Assembly (NCBI GenBank): GCA_010093995.1
Contig: ML992502.1
Coordinates: forward strand, 62,001 to 126,000
DNA: 64,000 bases
Direction of reading: 5' to 3'
Origin: Elsinoe ampelina
Lineage: Eukaryota
The notes under the pieces were generated by a model. The model saw only the letters and a list, made by a program, of their open reading frames with translations, was not told where the DNA came from and made no database searches. The position numbers and the translations under genes are program-made. Of this stretch, positions 1-10,300 are shown in pieces (within the stretch, counting starts at the first letter, position 1; every line of letters starts with the position of its first letter).

Positions 1-139
1 AAAAGGCCGGCATCGCATCTATCCGGCATCAGGACCACTTCAGGACGTCCATCCGTTGTGGACTACTCGAGTAGCGCCGACACGAGCTGAAGTCAAGCAG
101 CCCTAGACGTCGAAATGCCGTAATCAGATTTTTCAGCGG

Positions 140-804
140 ATCAGATAACCTAATTGCTTTCCACCCATGTCACATTCCTGGAGGGTGTCAAATATCCGGT
201 CGATCGCCTGGGTTGGGGTTTGTCTTATATACCACACCTTGATCCATGTCACGGCGCCGCCAGCTGTTTCTTCTTTCGTCCTAGCCTTTGAAGGCCCAAG
301 CTGAAATTTCTGATCAGATTGATAAAGAGATAATCTCGTTTCTCGTCGATCTCCACCGCTTGGATCTGGTTGTGTCCACTCTTGACGACATTTCCGATGC
401 CTACCCATGTTTCTTTCCGTGCCAGGCCCATATTGCGTCTTCCAGACTGCCATGTCTAGCCGATCACATACTCGTTTAGGCGCGTATTCGTGATACATCA
501 AAATTTTCCTCTTCGTCAGCCTTCAGGGCTCGTCCAAGGCTTCGACTCCACCCTGCCCCCCGTTCTCGGACATTCACCTACCTCGGAGGTAGATGGTACG
601 AAGAGTAGTGAAGCCATCAGCGGGACGGGGTAATTTGAGCGACACTAGAAACTTCTTCACCGTCTTCTCCCGTGAACTTTTCGTCGTTCCACCACGTTTG
701 TTGTGCGTCCGGGTGTCGTCAGGAACCCCATCTGATTCGGGTGGCTTTTATATGACCCGGTTTACTGCTTCCTCCCATATCGTTCGTTGATCTAATCAGA
801 TCAA
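140..804. promoter_or_regulatory. Iron-responsive GATA (SreA/Sre1-type) sites upstream of sidA
   Basis: Exact ATCWGATAA consensus ATCAGATAA at 140-148; ATCAGATTGATAAAGAGATAA at 313-333; inverted repeat TTGATCT-aatc-AGATCAA at 787-804; all lie upstream of a siderophore gene. Confidence 0.55.
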
Positions 805-1076
805 ACACTACCATCCACGTGCGTTGTCACTGTAAGTCATCGATCCTGCATTTCTTTGTATCACCGACATCACATTCTGTGCTACCTTGGGCAACGGTCA
901 TCTAATCGCTGCTTTGAGAACTGGAGGGGCACGCCGTTACCACTATACCAACCGCGCAGCCTTCATACCATCAGAGACTGACAAACTTCAGAAATTTGTT
1001 GTTTCAGACTGGTGACGACACCACTTTCTAGCGAACAAAACATCAACAACAACTACATCTTTGTTGAATCACAACC

Positions 1077-2543
1077 ATGACACCGCACGCCATCTACGAC
1101 TATCCACGCACGCCATCCGCACGCTCGTCCAGCGTCAGCAGCGCTGCCTCTTCAACGACAAGGACAAGGACCATCGATCACAGCCCGTACTTGCGGACTG
1201 TACCCAGCGATGAGCTTCATGACCTTGTGTGCGTTGGCTTCGGACCAGCCTCGCTAGCAGTCGCCGTCGCTCTTCACGATTCCTTCTCCAACGCCTTAGA
1301 TGGTGCACCGGCTTCTGCTCTGCCAAAGGTGTCTTTCCTGGAGCGCCAGCCTCAATTCGCATGGCACGCAGGCATGCAAATCCCAGGTGCCAAAATGCAA
1401 ATCTCCTTCCTCAAGGACTTGGCCACGCTCCGTGATCCTCGCAGCGAGTTCACCTTCATCAATTATCTCCACCGCAACAAGCGTCTCACCGCATTCAGCA
1501 ACGTCGGCACCTTCCTCCCCCGCCGTCTCGAGTACGAAGACTACATGCGCTGGTGCGCCTCAGCTTTTGAGCCCGTCGTCTCCTACAGCCAAGAAGTCCT
1601 CTCCGTCGACCCCGAGCCCTCCAGCTCCGGCAAGCCCACCCGCACCTTCGCCGTTACCTCACGGGACACCAACACCGGCGCCACCACCACCCTTCGCACC
1701 AAACATGTCCTCATCGCGGTCGGCGGCCGTCCCAAGATCCCCGCTTCCCTCCCCCAAAAGTCCCCCCGCGTCATCCACTCCAGCCAATACCAACGTTTCC
1801 TCGCCAATACTTCGCTGGACCGCACCTCCCCACTCCGCATCGCCGTCATCGGCGGCGGCCAATCCGCAGCCGAAATCTTCAGCGACATCCCCAACTCCTT
1901 CCCCGCCTCCACGTCCCGACTACTCATCAAAGCCTCGGCCCTCCGCCCCAGCGACGACAGCCCTTTCGTCAATGAAATCTTCAACCCGGAGCGCGTGGAC
2001 GACATCTACGCCACGCCGGCCCAGCAGCGCACCGCGCAGATCATGCAGGATAAAGCGACGAATTACGGGGTCGTGAGGATCGAGTTGCTGGAGCATATCT
2101 ACGAGGAGCTGTACACGCAGCGCATCACGGTGGGGAACGACGAGGCCGAGTGGCGTAGACGGATCCTCGCGAATCGTCTCGTCGAGAGGGCCGAGGAAGG
2201 AGATGGGACGGTGAGGTTGCGCGTCAGGGGGACGGATGAGAAGGGCGAGGCGGTGGGGGAGGCGGAGGAGATGGAGGTGGATTTGGTGTTTGTCGCGAGT
2301 GGGTATGAGAGGGATATGCATGAGTGGATGTTGAAGGGGTGTAGGGGGTTGTTGGAGAAGGAGGATGGGAGGTTTGAGGTGCAGAGGGATTACTCGGTGA
2401 GGTTTGCTGGGGGCACGGTGGCGAGTGATGCGGGAGTGTGGTTGCAGGGATGTAACGAAAAGACGCATGGGTTGAGTGATACCCTGTTGTCAATATTGGC
2501 GGTGAGAGGGGGGGAGATTGTGGGAAGCATTTTTGGGAGGTGA
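1077..2543 (+). CDS. sidA: L-ornithine N5-monooxygenase (siderophore biosynthesis)
   Basis: 488 aa intronless ORF; FAD motif DLVCVGFGPASLA, FAWHAGM..MQISFLKDLATLRDPRS, NADPH motif IAVIGGGQSAAE, DDSPFVNE, ATNYGVV, C-terminal HGLSDTLLS. Confidence 0.96.
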   Translation: MTPHAIYDYPRTPSARSSSVSSAASSTTRTRTIDHSPYLRTVPSDELHDLVCVGFGPASLAVAVALHDSFSNALDGAPASALPKVSFLERQPQFAWHAGMQIPGAKMQISFLKDLATLRDPRSEFTFINYLHRNKRLTAFSNVGTFLPRRLEYEDYMRWCASAFEPVVSYSQEVLSVDPEPSSSGKPTRTFAVTSRDTNTGATTTLRTKHVLIAVGGRPKIPASLPQKSPRVIHSSQYQRFLANTSLDRTSPLRIAVIGGGQSAAEIFSDIPNSFPASTSRLLIKASALRPSDDSPFVNEIFNPERVDDIYATPAQQRTAQIMQDKATNYGVVRIELLEHIYEELYTQRITVGNDEAEWRRRILANRLVERAEEGDGTVRLRVRGTDEKGEAVGEAEEMEVDLVFVASGYERDMHEWMLKGCRGLLEKEDGRFEVQRDYSVRFAGGTVASDAGVWLQGCNEKTHGLSDTLLSILAVRGGEIVGSIFGR

Positions 2544-2741
2544 GTGATGGATGTCTTGTACATGTCGTTGTGAAAGGATAGCATATACCTGCAATGTTCA
2601 TATTTTTTCTCTCGGAGACTACTTGCTCCTCGAAATTCACTGATTCAAAGAGCTCTGCGCCAGTCAAGCAAACAGGGCATTCATCTTCCAATTCGAAAAT
2701 GAAGCCGTGATGCTACCACTCAGCTGGCGATGGTATAGATA

Positions 2742-4478
2742 TTCTCTGTTGCAAAAGGGTTAGGATTTTCTTGGCAAAATCGAGTCTGAATATCTAAACA
2801 AAACTAGATACCAAAATTGCTCTTTTTCTAGATATCTAAATAGCTAAGCATATTATTTATATATACTGACCTAATCTAGGTTTAGTAGCATATATATTAT
2901 AGAATAATCTATTTATACTTAAATTAAGTCTAGTTATTAGCTTCTTCTATAAGAAATAGTAAATTTTAACTAGTAAATTTATTATCTTATATAATGAAGT
3001 AAATAATATAGAAATTAATAACAAAAAGCTTAGACTATACTAAAACAGTGTAATATTACTTATTAGTTAAAAATTTATAGCTTAATAACTTATATATAGC
3101 TAGATATAAAGTAAACAGTTTTAAGAATTTCTAGAAAATTCTAATTAAGATATTAAGCTAATTAGACTAGATAGAAACTTATACTAAGCTATATTAGATA
3201 TAGTTACTAGTAAAATATCTAAATATATAGTTTATGTTTATATATATCTTCTTATAAACTAATTAGAGCTTTTTTAGTAAGTACTATTTTAGAATTTAGT
3301 TTTTTATATTTAATATACTAAACTAGCTATATTAGACTATATAAACTATATATAATTTAAGCTTATAGGAGACCTAAAGCTTTATAATAAGTATCCAGAC
3401 CTTATAAATTATATATAGCTTATACTAGTCTAAAAGAAATAAGTAGATTTTATTACTATTTTACTACTTATAATAAACTAAGTAAACTAGATATAAAGCT
3501 AAGAACTATATTATAATAAGTCTATTATATAAAATTTAATATAAGCTATAGAAATTTAGTTATACTTATTTACTTCTAGAGATATAAAGTTAAGAAAGTA
3601 AGGAATTTTAAGAACTTTAGCTTTTTAAACTCTTAATAACTTCTTAAGTTTAATTACTATTAGAATTCTATTTAAGAGATTTAATATTTATTATATAGAC
3701 TTACTAGTAAATAAATCTTAGCTTTATATCTAGTCTACTTAGATTATTATAAGTAGTTAAATAGTAATAAAATCTACTTATCTCTTTTAGACTAATATAA
3801 GCTATATAAGATTTATAAAGTCTAAGTTTCTATAATAAAGCTTTCTATACTCTAGAAACCTAAATTATATATAGTTTATATAGTTTAGTATTACTAGATT
3901 AGTATATAAAATATAAAAAACTAAATTTTAAAATAATACTTATTAAAAAAGCTCTAATTAGTTTATAAGAAGATATATATAAATATAAACTATCTATTTA
4001 GATATTCTACTAGTAACTATATCTAATATAGCTTAGTATAAGTTTCTATCTAGTCTAATTAGCTTAATATCTTAATTAGAATTTTCTAGAAATTCTTAAA
4101 ACTGTTTACTTTATATCTAGCTATATATAAGTTATTAAGCTATAAATTCGTAATAAATAAGTAATACTATACTATATTAATATATTCTAAGCTTTATCTT
4201 ACTAATTAAAGCTCTACTTAGAAGGCTATTAAGTAGAATTAGATACTTTATTTTTATTTAATAATTCTTATATATTAGACTAATTTAAAGCTTTAGATAT
4301 ATATATCTAATCTCCTTTCATAGTATAGCTTTAGCTCTATCTATATTAGGTTAGCCTATATCTATAGCTAGTCTAGATCTTTAGTTATTTAAGATATAGC
4401 GGGTTATAGTATGTTTTGTTATTAAGAAGTTCACGCTTCATTTTGCCAAGAAAATCCTAGCCCTTTTGCAACAGAGAA
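2742..4478. mobile_element. RIP-mutated non-autonomous TIR (foldback-like) DNA transposon with TA target duplication
   Basis: 39-bp TIRs 2742-2780 / 4440-4478 (TTCTCTGTTGCAAAAGGG[T/C]TAGGATTTTCTTGGCAAAAT, 1 mismatch), TA on both flanks; interior extremely AT/TpA-rich; no recognisable ORF. Confidence 0.88.
3025..4195. repeat. Long internal inverted repeat (~480-bp arms, ~210-bp spacer)
   Basis: ~3025-3503 is the reverse complement of ~3717-4195, e.g. tttatagcttaataacttatatatagctagatataaagtaaacagttttaagaatttctag vs ctagaaattcttaaaactgtttactttatatctagctatatataagttattaagctataaa. Confidence 0.9.
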
Positions 4479-5012
4479 TAGGGTTAGGGTTTGTGCATGT
4501 GGGAAATTTCTGGACGCGAACTTCAGATTGGAGCTTTGCAGTGTTATTACGCGAAAACTACCAGAGAAGAACAAATACTACCAGAACGTCTTCACCTGAT
4601 TCCACATCTACAGACAGGCGCGCCCGCTCGTGGCCCCTCGCAATGCTAGTGTAGTCAAGAAAAACAGGTCCTACCAGCATGGCTTCCGCAGCGAGTGAAA
4701 GTGCTGTGGATTCTGGCCGCGAGATCAAGCATGACAATCTGCGATCAACTTTCAGATACCTGGCATAGCCATCGACTTCTACCCACTTGAATGTAGAAAC
4801 CGAAGCAAATTGTCACAGCGAAAAACGACTCGTGGGACATGTTTCACTTGGCTTATTGCACTTTCCTTAATATCAAGGTTCGTCCTCATCTTTCTATCTG
4901 CCAGGTCGTATTGATCTCTCATACCGCTGGCTAAGCGAAGCATGTAGAGGATATTATACAAGTATAGCTACGGACCATATACCGTCTGCTCGTTCTAGAG
5001 GTCGGTGAGTAA

Positions 5013-6293
5013 TCAAAGTCTCTCTTCGTCTTGACGGATAGAGCGATAACCAAAGATACCGGCAACGAACTGGTCTAACAAGCTAGGATTTGCATTCCTC
5101 CGCGACTCAACTCTCGTGGCTGGAAGTGTAATGTGCTCACTATCGTCAGAATGCGGTCTGCTCTTGTCAAGTTGCGCCGGGACCCCAAAGACATGTGCCT
5201 GATTTGAAGCATGTTTACTGTCAAGGGAAGCTGAACGTGGCGATGTTTTCGAGTGCCTGTCGACATCGGTTCCGGTGCCGGTGTCTGTAATGGGTAGTCT
5301 ACCTCTGAAATGCCTAGCCCCTGCATCTGTGTCCTCATTACGGCTCTTATTCGATGAGCCCAGACTGGCTCCATATCTGTTGGGGCCTCTCGCCACGTCG
5401 AGGTCACGCTCGAGTTGTTCAATACGATTTTCTGCATCCCTGAGCTTCATTCGATATTGATCAAGTCTCCTCATTAGAGCTTCGTGGGAGAAGAGCACGG
5501 TTTCTCGCTGTATGGGCGGCCCAAACATGCAGGTCGCCAATGTATATGCCATTGTGGTATCTCCGTGCCCAATGCTGGTGTACCATGCCTTTCTGGTCAT
5601 CCCTACCGGTGGTATATATTTCTGGGAGTTCAGTCGCTTCGCAACTGGTGCCCTAAGGTCGTGCCACACGAAAAGCGCAAGCACATACCTTACATCATGC
5701 TCATCCCTCGGAGATTTCGTCCTGGCCCAGCGGGTTGCAGAGTCGGTCATGCATATCTTGCAAGCTGCTGTCGATAGAGGGGCCTGAATTATGTCATCAA
5801 GAGCAGAAGCATGGCGCTGACACAATTCGGCTTGAAGCTGGTGAATGTCGCGGAAACCCAATCTCATCTTTTGGAATGCATTCGGCCCGGATACGGAAGC
5901 ATTAGTCGAAAAGCGATGATGGCAGGGGCGCTCGATTCCTTCTATAGAAACGTGATAAATCACCTTTCGCACGACATCATCCAGGTCTGCACCCCAGAGG
6001 TAGGCCTTGGAATGGACCAGTGTACGGCCTTCAAGCCTTCGTACATGACTTTGAAGAATACCTTGAGTTTCGCTATCAACCGAGTTGTAGAAGTGTCGCA
6101 CTCTGCCAGAGTAGATGGTTCCATCGGAGGGGACATTGTCTAACGGCTCAGTATCAAGCTCGCGGTCGAAGAGCTGCTCGGGGGCAGAACGCATGTCCAA
6201 GTCTTTCCAGCACGGTAAGGCAACAGGTGATGCAGATGGTCCTAATTGATTGGCGACCCATGGTGAGGCTGGCAGCGTAGCTAGATCGGTCAT
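5013..6293 (-). CDS. Hypothetical protein (426 aa) with coiled-coil segment and disordered C-terminus
   Basis: Long ATG-initiated ORF in normal-GC DNA; heptad-like LMRRLDQYRMKLRDAENRIEQLERDL; no family recognised. Confidence 0.6.
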   Translation of the reverse strand: MTDLATLPASPWVANQLGPSASPVALPCWKDLDMRSAPEQLFDRELDTEPLDNVPSDGTIYSGRVRHFYNSVDSETQGILQSHVRRLEGRTLVHSKAYLWGADLDDVVRKVIYHVSIEGIERPCHHRFSTNASVSGPNAFQKMRLGFRDIHQLQAELCQRHASALDDIIQAPLSTAACKICMTDSATRWARTKSPRDEHDVRYVLALFVWHDLRAPVAKRLNSQKYIPPVGMTRKAWYTSIGHGDTTMAYTLATCMFGPPIQRETVLFSHEALMRRLDQYRMKLRDAENRIEQLERDLDVARGPNRYGASLGSSNKSRNEDTDAGARHFRGRLPITDTGTGTDVDRHSKTSPRSASLDSKHASNQAHVFGVPAQLDKSRPHSDDSEHITLPATRVESRRNANPSLLDQFVAGIFGYRSIRQDEERL

Positions 6294-6926
6294 TGTTCTC
6301 GATGTGCAATTTCAGCGCAAGTGGCCAATGAAGCTGAGTGGGTACGAGGATGGACAGGAAGGGAGTAGAACAGCGTCAAGGCGGAAATGAGTGTCGAATT
6401 TGTGAAAAGCAACCTTAGCTTATTATTCTTTTATAGTTTGGAGCTTGTGCAGCAATACTTGCTCGTATTTTTTCGTTCTGGAAAAGAAAATAGGAGAGAT
6501 GAGAGGACGAGTGAACAATGCACGAAAGCAACCGCTTGTGGTGTGGAGTTTGTAGCAGATGTCGCTCTGACAGGATTCCTGTGTCTTTTATAGTGTTCTT
6601 CATGCTATGGTCATCACTTGGCTATCGCAGTGTTGAATGCCATACAATAGCAGATGAAGAGCACGATTCAATTTAGCATGATCAATCATGCGTACAAAAT
6701 GAGTGAAGAAAGGCACGAATTCAGCGCCCAAAGGCCGGTCGCTCTTTTGAAAGATTTGAAGGTTCTTTTGGCGTGTCTTGGCAGCGGGAAGATTCCGCCC
6801 AGAGCTTGCATTCCTGAACCTGAAGGTTCGCGACGAAGATTCTTTGCTCATCAACAACCAGGAACAGCGGTCAGTAATTGGTCAGTGAGTCGTTGTGTGT
6901 GCAATTGTTGACCCTCGCAGAGTTCA

Positions 6927-7295
6927 ATGGCCGGATAGACTGCGGCTGTGGTGATTCAGCTGTGCCAGTGTATAGTCGCGGCGGGTCAGTTTGTGGCCTC
7001 GTCTGGCACCACCTTGGTCGGTTGGGCCGGCTTCGACCTCGACCTCGATCAACGAGGTCAGAAGAAAGAGAGGGAGGAGAAGTGGGAGGAGAGAGAGGCG
7101 GAGGATAGTCGTTGGGACCGTGTGATCGGTCCCCTGGAAGAGATCGCCGGTGCCTTGAAAGGCATCGAGGATAAGCTTGACAAGATCGAGCAGCGTCTTG
7201 CTGCTCACCCCCCTCCCCCTCCCGCCTCCCCCGCCTCCGGCCCCCTGCCCCCCGCCTCCCTCCCCTCTGGAAGGACCTCGCCATCAGAGACCTGA
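6927..7295 (+). pseudogene. Small coiled-coil/Pro-rich ORF with an in-frame TAG at codon 4 (pseudogene or uORF of the Aquarius gene)
   Basis: ATG GCC GGA TAG then ~118 open codons (TAAVVIQLCQCIVAAGQF..EEIAGALKGIEDKLDKIEQRL..PPPPP); preceded by an intron-like segment ending ttgac..cgcag at 6920; stop is 14 bp before the Aquarius ATG. Confidence 0.45.
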
Positions 7296-7309
7296 TTCGC
7301 CATACCAGA

Positions 7310-10300
7310 ATGGCTTCCGTGGCAGGTGAGGGTGCTGTGAGCAACCGGCCGACCATACAGGATCTTACTGGCGACAACCAATTCGCTCAGCTTGCGCGCA
7401 AGTACTGGCTCGGAAAGTCGAAGGTCAAGAAGGTCCAATCAAATGTCATAGTCGAGGTCTACCAGGCGATAGAGAAGGAGGGTCTTTCTACCGCATCCAC
7501 AAGCCTACTTCTGCTTGAGCAACTTCAGTTCCTGGATCGATATTTATGGCCGGGATACCCAGAGCAGGAAGCTTCAGACTACCATGTCATCTTGGTTGCG
7601 CTACTAGTCAACGTCAAGCGGCACGAGGGAGTCTCGCCATGGGCCACATTCTCCTCCGAACCAGCTCACTTCTCCCACTTCTTCAGACGAGTCCTCGAGC
7701 TATCAATCGACAAATCAATCTCGCTTCCAATCCGAACCCACCTTCTGAGCTTCATCATCGGCGCATTCCAGTCCTTGGACACGGGGATCATCAGGAAAGA
7801 GGCGGCTGCTTTGGTTTCGATTGGAATATGGCACAATTTGCACAGTGAGGAGGTACGGACACAATTGCTAGGGAGAACGGTCCAGCTCGGCAAGGCGTGG
7901 AGAGCTGCTGGAAAGAAGTACGACGCCGCAGATGAGGAGACCCAAGCGCGACTACGCTTCGAGAGATCGTGGCTGTACGAGCTGGTTCTGGACTTTCTGG
8001 ATCGTCTGTATGACACGAATGTGCAGAGCACAAAAGAGACGGTGCTGTATTGTGAGAGGGTGGTCGAACTATTGGCAGACCTGTTGAGCCAGCTTCCGAC
8101 ACGAAGATACGTGAACACACTGCTTGGAGATATCAACTTGCTCTCTGCCATCACACTCTCACCTTCGTACTCGGACGAGGATAACAACTTACTTCGGGAA
8201 ATGGTCGTACTACTGCAACATTTCCTGACATTTCCTATCGAAGACCATACTGGTCGAGAGATCACCGAGACGGAATTGGTTGAGCAACACAATACAACCC
8301 TTTCTCGGCTACAGAAGGTCGCGCTGCGGGACTTCAAGGATAAGTTGACTATCCTTGCCTTGTCAAATTTCAAGTCATTGGATTCTCGGACAGATTTGGA
8401 AGGGCATCTCAAAGGTCTAAGTGACGAGGAGCTGAAGAAGCTTTGCGAAGCTCTACATCTGCGGACAGAGTACCCAGCGTCATCACTAGTGGTTAGTGAC
8501 AGACAGCTCTTCACCGAGGTGCTAGTCAACATGCACGAGCGACGACCATCATACAAGGAAATTGTCCATGGCATGACGACAATGCCCACAGATACAACCA
8601 TCTACGAGAAGACCTTCGACCGTACTGAGGAATACGACGGATCCAGACCGTTGCCAGTCCCCAAGCTCAACCTCCAGTATCTCACAGTCAGTGACTTTCT
8701 CTGGCGATCGTTCATTCTGTATAGGTGCGAGAGCTTCTATGAGGTACGAAAGCATGTCGAAGATACGATCCGTAGGATCCAACCACGACAAGCTGGAGCT
8801 GGGCTACGTTTTGATGGTTTCTCTACAATGGCCATCCCGATCACAAAACCTGCTGTCATTGATGTCGCGCCTGCAAATGTCGGCGACGAACATCCATCAA
8901 AGGTCGAGGTCGAAGTCGCTCTTGACGTCAGCAAGTTCACTCCTGGCGTGAAACGAGAATGGGAGTCTCTGAGGCCAGATGATGTAGTCTATCTGGTCTC
9001 TGTGCAACCACCGCCTCCGCAAAACCGAGCTCTGACGAACGGCGGGTCTAGAGATCAAGCACCTCCCAAGGTCATCAAGCACCTTCGTTGTGCTGAGGTC
9101 ATCAACGTACTCGATGACGATGGCAAGCCGTTACGGGAAAGGCAGTCAGACATGAATGGCGCTGGACGAGGACGAAAACGGAGGCTATTGCTCAAGCTTG
9201 ATCCTCTGGCATATCAGAACGACATCAGTAAGCCCGAGGTCCTTGACGGCATCAATCTGATTGTCCGTCGCCGAGGACGGGAAAACAACTTCAAGCCTAT
9301 CCTGGAATCGATCCGACATCTCGTGCTGTCCGAGACGCCAGCTCCTGCTTGGCTACAAGAAGTGTTCCTTGGATATAGCGATCCCGCAGCCGCAACCTAC
9401 AAACGACTGCCCAGTCGGCTGAAAGCCATTGACTTCCGCGATACATTCCTGGACTGGTCCCACCTCGTCGAAAGTCTTCCTGGAAAGACCGTCGAGCCAG
9501 ACGAGTCTAGCAATGGTTCCTTCCCGCCGCCTTACGTGCTCGAGACAAGCACTGCAGAAGTCGCAGAGACGAGACCGACAAAAAAGCGGAGGAAGGAGAA
9601 GGAAGAGCCAGCGCGGACGGAGATGGTAGAGAATGTCAAAGTATCGACGTACAAGCCACCAAATGCGGGACCATACCCGTCAGATGCGCCAAAGACGAAC
9701 GTAATCAGGTTTACGCCTGCACAAGTTGAAGCCATCACCTCAGGGACTCACCCAGGTCTCACTGTCATTGTTGGCCCACCAGGTACCGGCAAGACCGATA
9801 CAGTTACACAGATCGTCAGCAACATCTATCACAACTTCCCTGAGCAGCGAACACTGCTTGTGGCGCACAGCAATCAAGCTCTGAATCAGCTATTCCAAAA
9901 GATCACGGCACTCGGCATCGACGAACGGCATCTGCTCCGGCTTGGTCATGGTGAAGAAGAGCTGGAGACAGATGCCGACTTCAGCAAAGGGGGCAGGATC
10001 GAGTCGTTGATGGAGCGATCTGCGCAATACCTTGGGGAAGTCCAACGACTCGCTGCTAGTATTGGTGCGCCTGGCGCGCATGGCAGCTCCTGCGAGACGG
10101 CAGAGTACTTTGACCAAGTCTACGTCAAACCAGCCTGGAGCAGATTCTGGGAGTTGGCCAAGTCCTCAACAGACGTGTCAGCCATCACATCCGCTTTCCC
10201 ATTCCATGGCTACTTCTCAAATGCTCCGCAACCAATCTTCCCAGCCGGTGCAACTCCAAAACAGGTGCTGGACATTGCCTCTGGTTGCCACACTCATCTC

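Noticed and set aside
4479..4490. TAGGGTTAGGG telomere-like sequence next to the right TIR
   Set aside because: Fewer than two full units; expected by chance; no subtelomeric context
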